Origin: an uncultured Methylophaga sp.
GTDB taxonomy: Bacteria; Pseudomonadota; Gammaproteobacteria; Nitrosococcales; Methylophagaceae
DNA length: 64,000 nucleotides
Direction of reading: 5' to 3'
NCBI GenBank assembly: GCA_963975785.1
Contig: CAXBIM010000006.1
Location: forward strand, 7,448 to 71,447
The notes beneath the pieces are model-generated. The model saw only the letters and a list, made by a program, of their open reading frames with translations, was not told the origin of the DNA and made no database searches. The translations under genes and the position numbers were made by a program. Every line of letters begins with the position of its first letter. Within the stretch, counting starts at the first letter, position 1. Of the stretch, positions 9,662 to 18,576 are shown piece by piece.

Positions 9662-9699
9662 AGTAGTGGCAAGTAGTGAAATCACTACTTGCCACTACT
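9662..9699. repeat. 38-bp perfect palindrome P2 (AGTAGTG-gca-AGTAGTGA aa inverted copy)
   Basis: agtagtggcaagtagtga-aa-tcactacttgccactact. It is identical to P1 except for the 3-nt variable block in each arm. Confidence 0.9.
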
Positions 9700-9978
9700 G
9701 CCTCAAAAACAGCAGCGTATTTTTCATGGTTGTTCATCAGCACAAAGGAACTGCCCGTTTCAGCATCGCACTTTCCAGTTGTAATTATTGGCTAATAAAT
9801 ACAGTGTCTAAGGGTAATGATTGTGTTAATCAGCATCAAAAAATTACCAGTTTCAGCTTAAATTTTTCCCATTTCAATAATTAATCATCAATAAATTCAT
9901 GGGGGTAGATGCCTGTATCAGTGCTGACATGTGGAAACTATTGGTTGCTATATGGGACACTTTGGCAATAAATATTAG

Positions 9979-10656
9979 TATCAGCTGATAGATAGGTACT
10001 CCAAGAAATCGACAGGAATATGTACTGCACGGGAAGCACTAAGAAGGGTTAAATTCTTTTCAGAAGATTATCTAAATAAAGAGTTTGATATTTTTTTAAG
10101 TTTATCTAGTGACGTATATCTGGATAAATTTTATAAGCAATATATTAATTTCGTGCCTAATCATAAATGGTCAACCCATGGGAATAGCGGACTGTTTGAA
10201 TATAGCACAGAGCTAACTGCCATGTTCATGGATAATTTGGCTTACAATCATGATTCAAATATTCTTGTGGCTAATGAGTTGAAGCTTAATGGTAAAAAGA
10301 ACCCAGATCAAATACTGAAGTATTCCCTTATGTACAACTATCTAGAAAACAAAGATTTTATAAAGCCGAAATCAGATTTTTTACTCTTATTCATCGGTGG
10401 CAATGAAGTTCAATATGATCTTACATCTGAAATTGAAAAAGAAATTAAGTATTGTGAGAATAAGGGGAGGCATAAGCTTATAACTGATGAAATATTGCAA
10501 ACCGCCGAGAGCCTATGCCAAAAAGTATCACCTGGATGGAAATGGCAGACTTTAATATGTCATACCTAAATAGTCTGAGTGATGAAAGTCAAGTTGAGAG
10601 AAAACTTCTGATAGGATTTAATCAAAGTTTAGAAGAAAAGTCTTTTATGCAAAATT
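9979..10656 (+). pseudogene. decayed gene, possible PD-(D/E)XK-type nuclease fold
   Basis: The frame is open from 9979 with no ATG. The track ORF 10153..10569 starts at GTG. After about 10525 the reading continues sensibly in another frame (..WMEMADFNMSYLNSLSDESQVERKLLIGFNQSLEEKSFMQN). A D...ELK motif (NHDSNILVANELK) is present. Confidence 0.4.
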
Positions 10657-10745
10657 AAGTCTGATGAAAAAACATAACAAATCATTAATCTAGGTAGGTG
10701 AAAAAGATGCGGCCCCTAGTTAACTTAAACGTTGGACATGCTACA

Positions 10746-10812
10746 CGAATGATCGCCTTTCGCCGTTATTGACGAATAGTTCAAAGGTCGCCTCTCGACC
10801 CAAAGCAGACGC
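10746..10812 (+). repeat. intergenic repeat family copy A
   Basis: cgAATGAtCGcctTTcGcc..GAcGAatAGTTCAAAGGTCGCc. It shares its core with the copies at 12067, 50981 and 54246. Confidence 0.6.
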
Positions 10813-10933
10813 ATGGGAATAATTAGTCTTCCACATTAATGGGGACGCTCCTCTTTAATTAATGATTATGAGCTAAAAGAAGGGTAGCATCTCCTTTTAC
10901 ATCGTAAATATACTGTTATATAAAAGGGTAACT

Positions 10934-12001
10934 ATGAGTTTCTGCTCAATACAAGAAGATGGGACGGTAGAAGACCGAGATGGGAACATCGTGTTCTTTA
11001 GTGTTGAGAGCTTTAAAGACAGGATATGTGAAGGTAATGACTGTTTTCTCTGTGGTGCAAAACGAGAAGAGACAGTTTTTAACGATGAACATGTGATTCC
11101 TAAATGGATATTAAGAAAGTATAAGTTGTTTGATGTAAGTATAACTTTGCCAAATGACGTAAAAATTAGATACGACAAGTATGTGATTCCTTGTTGTACG
11201 GAATGTAACTCCTGGCTAGGAGAAAAAGTAGAAGAAGATATATGCCGCGCTGTGGATGGAGGCTTAGCTGGTGTGAATGCCTTTGTTACAGACGTAGGTC
11301 CATTAAAGGTGTTTCTGTGGCTAAGTCTTATATTTCTAAAAACTCATCTCAAAGACTCCTTGCTAAGAAAGCATCTGGACGCTCGCAAGGGCCTAGAGAC
11401 AATAGGTTCGGATTATGATTGGGGGCTGCTGCATCATATCCATTGCATGGTTAGAGCCTTAAAAACAGGAGCGGTTATAGAACCGAGGTGCATGGGATCT
11501 CTTATAATTTTGCCCGCAAAACAAGCTGAACATTATGGTGACTATGATTATCGAGATATCTATGGTGCGAACACTATATTGCTTCAATTAGGAGAGGTGG
11601 CATTTTTAGCAGTTCTTGATGATTCGTGTGCGGCTCTAAATTTGTTTTCTAATCAGATGAAGAGAATTACAGGCCCTTTGTCACCAATTCAACTTAGAGA
11701 AGTTATTTCCCACCTTGCGTTCTTAAATATAAAACTTAAATATAGGCCAACTTTCAGTACCAAAGTAAACCCAAGCGAATGTCGTGTTTATATAGCCGCA
11801 CACATACCAGACTCCTTAGAGCTTGAGGAGTACACCGCTGAAGAATTCGGAGAATATTTATATTCAAATGTTTCTCAGATTAATATCCCAGAGTTACTAG
11901 ACAATATGGAAAACATCAAGCTAGGTTACTATCACTTCCTGTTTGATGAAAATGGCAAATTTATAGAAAACTCGATGGATATTCTTGATGAAAGCAAGTA
12001 A
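10934..12001 (+). CDS. HNH (His-Me finger) nuclease domain protein
   Basis: The N-terminus has CFLCG...NDEHVIPKW...CCTECNSWLG (CxxC / DEH / CxxCN), the classical HNH zinc-finger layout. The C-terminal approx 230 aa are unassigned. Confidence 0.7.
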   Translation: MSFCSIQEDGTVEDRDGNIVFFSVESFKDRICEGNDCFLCGAKREETVFNDEHVIPKWILRKYKLFDVSITLPNDVKIRYDKYVIPCCTECNSWLGEKVEEDICRAVDGGLAGVNAFVTDVGPLKVFLWLSLIFLKTHLKDSLLRKHLDARKGLETIGSDYDWGLLHHIHCMVRALKTGAVIEPRCMGSLIILPAKQAEHYGDYDYRDIYGANTILLQLGEVAFLAVLDDSCAALNLFSNQMKRITGPLSPIQLREVISHLAFLNIKLKYRPTFSTKVNPSECRVYIAAHIPDSLELEEYTAEEFGEYLYSNVSQINIPELLDNMENIKLGYYHFLFDENGKFIENSMDILDESK

Positions 12002-12066
12002 AGACATTAAATAGCCAGTCAGAGAGGAGCAGCCAAACTCAACCCGCTACGCGCCCTGCAGGCGAA

Positions 12067-12100
12067 GTTAAATGAATGACCGTTGTTGGCACAAATCAGA
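12067..12100 (+). repeat. intergenic repeat family copy B (short)
   Basis: GTTAAATGAATGACCGtTGTTGGCaCAaAT is near-identical to the start of copy D (54246). Confidence 0.6.
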
Positions 12101-12380
12101 CTATTATATTGATACATGTGTCCATACGTGCTTGTTTGAATCTGAAACAGTGAAAAATGCCTCATAAATGCCACCGTAGGCCTATAAGCCTTTAAAAATA
12201 AGACCAGAACGGGGGGCGATTTATCTCTTATGATTTATACGAAAACTCAAAAATCCGAATAACTACTGCGGGTATTTTGCGTGGATCAGTTGTGCATTGT
12301 CATGTATTGTCGTGAAAAATAGCGTAACGGGCGTTACAGTATTATTGTTTACAATCAATGTGTTAGGTTGTTAGTAGGGT

Positions 12381-12444
12381 TCTGGGGGACAAGGGGTCGA
12401 AGGTTCAAATCCTACTGTTCCGACCAATAAATTCAAAGGCTTAG
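12381..12444 (+). repeat. direct repeat of tRNA-Pro 3' half (attR of island 1 / attL of island 2)
   Basis: tctgggggacaaggggtcgAaggttcaaatcctActgttccgaccaataaaTtcaaAGgcttag compared with 3145..3208 shows a few substitutions. Confidence 0.85.
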
Positions 12445-12586
12445 GTTCTTACGCAATCCCTCGATATGCTCTCGGCGAGAACCTTGGGGAAAACAAATAT
12501 TATTCGGTGGCTTTTACCGACATTTTTTACGATCGTAAACTTTTCAGTATCTTGACATCTTTATGATCAGATATGGCTATGTCAGA

Positions 12587-12626
12587 TTCAATCATTAGTT
12601 TTTTGAGTCTAGTCCACGCAGATTTA
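12587..12626 (-). pseudogene. integrase gene remnant
   Basis: ttcaatcattagttttttgagtctagtccacgcagattta matches the interior of the intact int (3424..3463) with 2 mismatches. No ORF remains. Confidence 0.7.
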
Positions 12627-12696
12627 GTGATGTTTTGTGCTGTTATGGTGAAATATAGTTTTATCATGGAACAATTTCTAATTAGATAATTAAAAG

Positions 12697-13671
12697 TCAA
12701 AAATCATCTCGTTCGATTTGCAAAAAGACCAAACTAATATTTTTCCCTAAACCAGTATTAAAACCCTGCCAAGCTGAAAATTGTTTTAGTGACTCACTAA
12801 TGACCTCTTTCATTTCAAAATCTGTCAGACCTTGATCATAGTGGTATTTAACAGCGTCATATAGCTTAGTTAAATACTCTAGATATGCGATTGGAACGGT
12901 TTTATTACCAGAAGGGCCATGGCCAGGAATAAAATATTGACCGTCACTAGTTAGTATCATTTCTATTGCGCGTATATTTCCGACTATATCACTACTATCC
13001 AAATTGGGAAGTCGCTTATTTAATACATTATCGCCGAAGAATATGGCCTTTAATTCGACTACTTCTACAATAATGTCATTTTTAGTATGACTAGTTCCAG
13101 AGTGATGAACCTTAAATGTTAAGTTATCAAAAACAACTTCATCTCCATCGCTCACTGCTTGGTTAGGAGAGATAACAGTTGTATTTTTAAGCTCATTTTT
13201 TGTTAATTGTTGCATGAGTTGCAGCCAGTGCTTGCCTGTACCTTCTTTAATCGACTGGATCATATTGGCATGTGCATAAATTGGAATATTGGGATAAGCA
13301 GACAAAATAGTTTGGTTTGCTAACCAGTGATCGCCATGCTCATGTGTATTAAAGATAGCAATTACAGGTAGAGCTGTTACCTGTTTTATGCGTTTAAGCA
13401 GCATCTCTCCAATGGCAGCGCTACTACCTGGATCAATAATAATGACACCCGTGTTAGCAATTACAAATCCAGGGTTGTTAATAAAACCACCATTATCAGG
13501 ATTTGGGTCGTCCAGTGAACCATGAATCACAAATACATTATCTGTCACCATTTCTGTTGGAAATTTATCAAAAAACTTATTTTCGTTGCTCACTAAGTCG
13601 CTGTTTGCATGGGATATCGTGAAGAAAAATCCATTGATAATAAAAAGTATTACTAAAGATAAATATTTCAT
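12697..13671 (-). CDS. periplasmic metallo-beta-lactamase-fold protein (SoxH-like)
   Basis: Signal peptide plus the HEHGDHW (HxHxDH) motif. It is divergent from soxC. Confidence 0.65.
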   Translation of the reverse strand: MKYLSLVILFIINGFFFTISHANSDLVSNENKFFDKFPTEMVTDNVFVIHGSLDDPNPDNGGFINNPGFVIANTGVIIIDPGSSAAIGEMLLKRIKQVTALPVIAIFNTHEHGDHWLANQTILSAYPNIPIYAHANMIQSIKEGTGKHWLQLMQQLTKNELKNTTVISPNQAVSDGDEVVFDNLTFKVHHSGTSHTKNDIIVEVVELKAIFFGDNVLNKRLPNLDSSDIVGNIRAIEMILTSDGQYFIPGHGPSGNKTVPIAYLEYLTKLYDAVKYHYDQGLTDFEMKEVISESLKQFSAWQGFNTGLGKNISLVFLQIERDDF

Positions 13672-13698
13672 AGTTATTAGACTTTTCCTGTTTCGTTT

Positions 13699-13744
13699 AG
13701 GGATAAATACGTATTTTCAAAAATGTTAATGAGGATAGTATCGT
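13699..13744 (+). promoter_or_regulatory. TACGTA-box M1 + shared downstream promoter element (soxH-like / soxC divergent region)
   Basis: AGGGAT-aa-ATACGTAT-TTTcAAAAAtg..GGATAGTATcGTA. The same bipartite arrangement occurs at 42727..42770. Confidence 0.55.
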
Positions 13745-13786
13745 ACCTAATGACAATCTTGATATAAGTATAAATACAGGTGAAGT

Positions 13787-15106
13787 GTGAAAGATATAAC
13801 TGCCAAAACTAGCGAATTACTGAAAGAAATAAAAGCTGAAGCTGCAGAGTTGCCTGAGTTAAAAAGACGTAATTTTCTTTTAAATGGTATTAAGTTAACA
13901 GCGGGTACAGCACTAGCAGCAAGTGTTGGTAGGGTATTAGCCTCAGAGCAGTCTTTACCACCTAATGTGCCAGCATGGACAAAATCACTTGGTAGGGGGG
14001 TTGTATCAGTACCTTATGGTATGCCTTCCAAATTTGAAAGTGATGTCGTTCGTCGTACCGTTTCTTGGTTGACTGCAGACCCGATATCCTCCATTAGTAT
14101 GACTCCGATACATGAAATGAAAGGAATTATCACACCAAGCGGGCTAGTGTTTGAACGCTACCATGCCGGTGTACCAGAAATAAACCCCGATGAACATCGC
14201 TTAATGATTCATGGGATGGTTGATAGACCATTAATTCTTACTATGGATGAGTTAATGGCCTTTCCATCTGAATCAGTTATTCATTTCCTAGAATGCCCCG
14301 CGAATGGAGGAATGGAATGGCGTGGTACACAGATGGAAGCCCTACAGTTTACTCATGGCATGCTGAGTTGTTGTGAATGGACAGGAGTTAAATTATCTAC
14401 CTTACTAGATGAAGTAGGTTTAAGTAAAAATGCTAAGTGGGTTCTGGCTGAAGGTGCTGATGGTGCAGCAATGACTAGGAGTATACCCATTGAGAAAGCA
14501 CTGGATGATACCTTGGTTGTTTATGCACAAAATGGTGAAATGTTACGTCCAGAGCAAGGTTATCCCGTTAGATTATTCAATCCTGGCTGGGAAGGAAATA
14601 CCAGTATTAAATGGCTACGCCGTCTAGAAATAGGAGATAAACCATGGTATCAACGAGAAGAAACCTCTAAATATACTGATCTACTCCCTGATGGCACAGC
14701 AAGAAAATTTAGTTTTATTCAAGAAACAAATTCAGTCATCACCTCTCCATGCCCAGAGCGGCCTATGTTGAGAAGAGGTGTTCACGAGCTTGAAGGCATT
14801 GCATGGTCAGGACGAGGGAAAATTAAACGTGTTGATGTGTCGCTTGATGGTGGTGTGACTTGGCAACAAGCAAGACTGAAAGGTCTGGTTTTATCTAAAG
14901 CACTTACTCGATTTAGCTTGCCTATAAATTGGCAAGGACAATCACTTTTATTGCAAAGCAGATCTATCGATGAAACGGGATATGTTCAACCAACGCTCAG
15001 TCAATTGCGAGCAGTAAGGGGTAGTAATTCTATCTATCATAAAAATTCAATACACACTTGGAAACTAGATCCAGATGGGACGGTGAGCAATGTACAGTTG
15101 GCATAA
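13787..15106 (+). CDS. soxC: sulfane dehydrogenase molybdopterin subunit SoxC
   Basis: Tat-type RRNFL signal and sulfite-oxidase-family content. The stop overlaps soxD. Confidence 0.85.
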   Translation: MKDITAKTSELLKEIKAEAAELPELKRRNFLLNGIKLTAGTALAASVGRVLASEQSLPPNVPAWTKSLGRGVVSVPYGMPSKFESDVVRRTVSWLTADPISSISMTPIHEMKGIITPSGLVFERYHAGVPEINPDEHRLMIHGMVDRPLILTMDELMAFPSESVIHFLECPANGGMEWRGTQMEALQFTHGMLSCCEWTGVKLSTLLDEVGLSKNAKWVLAEGADGAAMTRSIPIEKALDDTLVVYAQNGEMLRPEQGYPVRLFNPGWEGNTSIKWLRRLEIGDKPWYQREETSKYTDLLPDGTARKFSFIQETNSVITSPCPERPMLRRGVHELEGIAWSGRGKIKRVDVSLDGGVTWQQARLKGLVLSKALTRFSLPINWQGQSLLLQSRSIDETGYVQPTLSQLRAVRGSNSIYHKNSIHTWKLDPDGTVSNVQLA

Positions 15107-16052
15107 AAAATTAGCTTTTATTGCTATAGCTGGCCTATCTCAGCTAGGTATATCTTATACGGTCTATTCGCAAGAACCAGGCTATTATAATTTGGGACGT
15201 ACAGCAACAGAAGTCGAAATTGCAGGCTGGGATATTGATGTTAGACCTGATGGCAAAGGGCTACCTCCTGGAAGTGGTTCAGTATCACATGGTGAAGTTG
15301 TATATGAAGCAAAATGTGCTGCATGCCATGGCCCATTTGGTGAGGGTGCAGGTCGTTGGCCAAAATTGGCTGGTGGATTTGGAACATTGACAGCAGAACG
15401 ACCTGAAAAGACCGTGGGTAGTTATTGGCCTTATGCAAGTACGCTTTGGGACTATATTCATAGAGCAATGCCTTTTACTGCACCACAGTCATTAACGGAC
15501 GATGAAACCTATGCATTAACAGCATATGTTTTATACCTTAACGACATAGTTGAGGACGACTTTGAATTAACTCAATCTAATTTTGTAGAGATAGAAATGC
15601 CAAATAAAGATGGCTTTTTTGTCGACACACGTCCAGATGTCAAAAATACTGCTTGCATGGAAAATTGTAAAGACCCTGCAAGCATTAAAGTTACTTCGGC
15701 AATCAAGGGTATTACACCTCTACAACATGTAGAAAAACGTCAGAAAATTAATGAGACCAATACTACTTCAATAGAAGACTCCACTAGTTTAGAAACAATA
15801 AATCAAGGGGAAACGATTTATAAAAATGCCTGTTTAGTTTGCCATGGCCAAGGTGTAGCCGGAGCTCCAAAACTGGGTGAGAAGGCTATGTGGGAAAAAA
15901 GGATATCTCAAGGTATCGAGGTATTAGAAAAGCATGCCATAAATGGTTTTTCAGGAGAGTCTGGAACTATGCCTGCTAAGGGTGGTAATCAAGATTTAAC
16001 TGAAGAGGAAGTCAAATCTGCCGTTGCATATATGGTCGAAAAAAGTCAGTGA
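15090..16052 (+). CDS. soxD: di-haem cytochrome c SoxD
   Basis: Two CxxCH sites (CAACH, CLVCH), a signal sequence, and a position after soxC. Confidence 0.8.
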   Translation: MYSWHKKLAFIAIAGLSQLGISYTVYSQEPGYYNLGRTATEVEIAGWDIDVRPDGKGLPPGSGSVSHGEVVYEAKCAACHGPFGEGAGRWPKLAGGFGTLTAERPEKTVGSYWPYASTLWDYIHRAMPFTAPQSLTDDETYALTAYVLYLNDIVEDDFELTQSNFVEIEMPNKDGFFVDTRPDVKNTACMENCKDPASIKVTSAIKGITPLQHVEKRQKINETNTTSIEDSTSLETINQGETIYKNACLVCHGQGVAGAPKLGEKAMWEKRISQGIEVLEKHAINGFSGESGTMPAKGGNQDLTEEEVKSAVAYMVEKSQ

Positions 16053-16074
16053 GTGTAACTATTGATGTCGTCCA

Positions 16075-16443
16075 ATGAGGAAGTCGCATATGAATAAAAT
16101 AGTAATTAAATTAATGACGATAATAGCATTAATGCCCCTTGGAATAACCTGTGTGATTGCAGCAGATAGTAGTGTGATTATGCAAGGGAAAGAACTTACA
16201 TTTGATAGAAAAAAGGGTAATTGTCTAGCTTGTCATGCAATAGATGATGGAGAGCTGAGCGGTGAGGTTGGGCCAGCCCTAATTGATATGAAAAGTCGTT
16301 ATCCACAAAAATCAGCACTTAAAGATCAAATTTGGGATGCAACAAAACGCAATCCTGCTACGTCAATGCCACCATTTGGAAAACACAGAATGTTAACTGA
16401 TGAAGAGATCGATAAGGTCGTTGAATATATTTATTCTTTATAA
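16075..16443 (+). CDS. soxX: mono-haem cytochrome c SoxX
   Basis: A CLACH haem site and a signal peptide. An alternative start is at 16090. Confidence 0.8.
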   Translation: MRKSHMNKIVIKLMTIIALMPLGITCVIAADSSVIMQGKELTFDRKKGNCLACHAIDDGELSGEVGPALIDMKSRYPQKSALKDQIWDATKRNPATSMPPFGKHRMLTDEEIDKVVEYIYSL

Positions 16444-16472
16444 AGATTTGTACAAAATAACGAGAGGTAAAC

Positions 16473-16934
16473 ATGTTACAAAAAAGAAGATTAATGCTGA
16501 AAAGCATACTGGGAATGGCGACACTATTGGGTGGGATAGCCGTGATGCCAAGACTCGCTTTTGCCAAATGGTCAAAAGCATTTGATGCAAAATCTGCTGA
16601 CAGCGCATTGATGGGACTGTATGACAAGACAGAGTTGCAGAAAACTGAACGTATTCAATTAAAAGTACCAGAGATTGCAGAAAATGGTGCTGTAGTACCG
16701 GTGAATGTAACAACAGATCTAGAAAATGTGAAAACGATAAGCATTATAGGCGTAAAAAACCCACAGCCATTGGCTTGTTGTTTCACCATTCCAGAAGGAA
16801 CAGATGCAGATGTGTCTATCAGGATAAGGTTGTTTGAAACTATGGATGTCCAAGCAATTGTTGAGACAACTGACGGCACACTACATAGTGTTCAACAAGA
16901 AGTAAAAGTAACCATTGGTGGTTGTGGCGGTTAA
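16473..16934 (+). CDS. soxY: sulfur carrier protein SoxY
   Basis: Tat-like signal (KRRLML) and the diagnostic C-terminal GGCGG swinging-arm motif. Confidence 0.92.
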   Translation: MLQKRRLMLKSILGMATLLGGIAVMPRLAFAKWSKAFDAKSADSALMGLYDKTELQKTERIQLKVPEIAENGAVVPVNVTTDLENVKTISIIGVKNPQPLACCFTIPEGTDADVSIRIRLFETMDVQAIVETTDGTLHSVQQEVKVTIGGCGG

Positions 16935-16955
16935 AGATAATTTGAGGGCGGAAAC

Positions 16956-17258
16956 ATGAAAGTTAAAGCAACAATGAAAGCAGACAAGGTGCTAGTGAAA
17001 CTATTGGCTAAACATCCAATGGAAACTGGACTACGTAAAGACAAAGGTACGGGGGATTTAATTCCAGCGAAATATATTCAAGAACTAACCTGTAAGCATA
17101 AAGATAAATTTGTATTTATAGCTGATTTTGGGCGTTCAGTTTCTAAAGACCCATATCTATCATTTACATTTTCAGGTGGACAATCTGGAGAGACATTGAC
17201 GTTAGCATGGATAGACAGCATGGGTGATAGTGAAACTGTAGATGCCGTTATTAAATAA
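16956..17258 (+). CDS. soxZ: SoxZ
   Basis: 100 aa immediately after soxY, with typical SoxZ size and content. Confidence 0.85.
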   Translation: MKVKATMKADKVLVKLLAKHPMETGLRKDKGTGDLIPAKYIQELTCKHKDKFVFIADFGRSVSKDPYLSFTFSGGQSGETLTLAWIDSMGDSETVDAVIK

Positions 17259-17273
17259 CAAAAGGCTAGACAT

Positions 17274-18110
17274 ATGAAATTATATTCCTATTATGCTATG
17301 ACCGTACTATGTTGTTCTTTATCCGTTACTACAAGCTATGCTGAACCACAAACGGATAATGAAACGGTAAGAAGTTATTTTCAGGATCTTTTCCCTGATC
17401 TGGCTCTCGACCAGTATGTTGATGGCGTTTATGCAATTGATGAAAATTCACGATCTCAATGGTTAGAAATGGAAGAGTTTCCACCATATGATGCCGCCAT
17501 TGAAAAAGGTGAAACTCTATTTTCAACCCCTTTTGCAAATGGGAAATCTTATGCTGATTGTTTTGAAAATAAAGGAATAGCCATAAAGCAAAATTATCCC
17601 TATTTTGACACTGACAAAGGTCAAGTCGTTACGCTTGAGTTGGCTATAAACGACTGCCGTATCCTGAATGGTGAGCAAGCCCTGAAATATGGGAAGGGAG
17701 ATTTAGCTTATATTTCATCATATATGGCTTCTACTTCACGAGATCAAAAAATAAACATCACTATTCCTGATGACCCACGAGCAAAAGAAGCCTACGAAGA
17801 AGGTAAACAGTTCTTTTATTCTCGACGAGGTCAACTAAATATGGCTTGTGCGACTTGTCATATCTCCAATGCTGGCAAGCGTTTGCGAGCAGATACTCTA
17901 AGTCCAGCGTTAGGTCAAGTTTCACACTTCCCAGCCTTTAGATTCAAATGGGACGATGTTGGCACGTTACAACGTCGTTATGCTGGTTGTAATACACAAA
18001 TAAGATCAAAACCTTTCGGCTTACAAAGCCAACAGTACCGTAATTTAGAGTACTTCCATACTTATATGAGTAACGGCCTACCGTTAAATGGCCCAGGTTC
18101 AAGGAAATAA
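17274..18110 (+). CDS. soxA: cytochrome c SoxA
   Basis: Signal peptide, a CATCH haem site and a conserved Cys in RRYAGCN. Confidence 0.85.
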   Translation: MKLYSYYAMTVLCCSLSVTTSYAEPQTDNETVRSYFQDLFPDLALDQYVDGVYAIDENSRSQWLEMEEFPPYDAAIEKGETLFSTPFANGKSYADCFENKGIAIKQNYPYFDTDKGQVVTLELAINDCRILNGEQALKYGKGDLAYISSYMASTSRDQKINITIPDDPRAKEAYEEGKQFFYSRRGQLNMACATCHISNAGKRLRADTLSPALGQVSHFPAFRFKWDDVGTLQRRYAGCNTQIRSKPFGLQSQQYRNLEYFHTYMSNGLPLNGPGSRK

Positions 18111-18114
18111 TATT

Positions 18115-18546
18115 ATGGTTAATACAAATGGTTTAGCAAAAATATTTTTATTAATTGCACCGATGATTTTGTCAGCTTGTACTGATGAAGAGCAAGCTGC
18201 TAATAATGTAAAAAATTCGGTACAGCAATCACCGTCAGATAATTCAAACCAACAACTTCAGTCAGAGGGTTCAAATTTAGATAAATTGATAAACACGGAA
18301 GATGATGTTGACCTGCATGAGCTTATGCATCAAGTCGCTCAGGCAAGACGGTATGCTGAAAAAGAAGGATTTGTATGGAGTACAACTGAGCCATTGATTG
18401 TAAAAGGCTATGCAGCCGCAAAAGCAGGAAATGATGTTCAAGCTAAAGCTTTTTTCCAAGAAGCCAAGAAGCAATTCAAGCTTTCAATAGTGCAAGCAAG
18501 ATATGCAGAGAAGCATTGGGAATTACTAATACCCAAAGAAGGATAA
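18115..18546 (+). CDS. hypothetical lipoprotein within the sox operon
   Basis: I prefer the internal Met at 18115. Lipobox ILSAC is present. I recognise no family. Confidence 0.55.
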   Translation: MVNTNGLAKIFLLIAPMILSACTDEEQAANNVKNSVQQSPSDNSNQQLQSEGSNLDKLINTEDDVDLHELMHQVAQARRYAEKEGFVWSTTEPLIVKGYAAAKAGNDVQAKAFFQEAKKQFKLSIVQARYAEKHWELLIPKEG

Positions 18547-18576
18547 TTAACTATTTCAACAAATAGGAGAACAACA

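Larger units (their letters stand above)
3191..12444. mobile_element. integrative genomic island 1 at tRNA-Pro (intact integrase)
   Basis: Bounded by the tRNA 3' end and a 64-bp direct repeat of it (12381..12444). A tRNA-proximal integrase and xis-like gene are followed by accessory cargo. Confidence 0.75.

Noticed and set aside
9666-9884. 72-aa plus-strand ORF
   Set aside because: It starts inside palindrome P2 at a non-ATG codon, has no RBS, and covers the iteron-like repeats. It is more likely non-coding.
3191-12444. Island 1 as a prophage or phage satellite (PICI-like)
   Set aside because: It has no capsid, terminase, portal, primase or replicase genes. Only int, xis, XRE, KfrA-like proteins and cargo are present.
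12526-12539. 14-bp perfect palindrome TTTACGATCGTAAA
   Set aside because: It is a single occurrence inside the decayed integrase region. Its core (TACGATCGTA) differs from the recurrent ATACGTAT box, so it is probably chance in AT-rich DNA.
16358-16879. Several 60-90-aa ORFs on both strands across soxX and soxY
   Set aside because: All overlap the confidently identified soxX and soxY genes (CLACH haem site, GGCGG tail). They are shadow ORFs.
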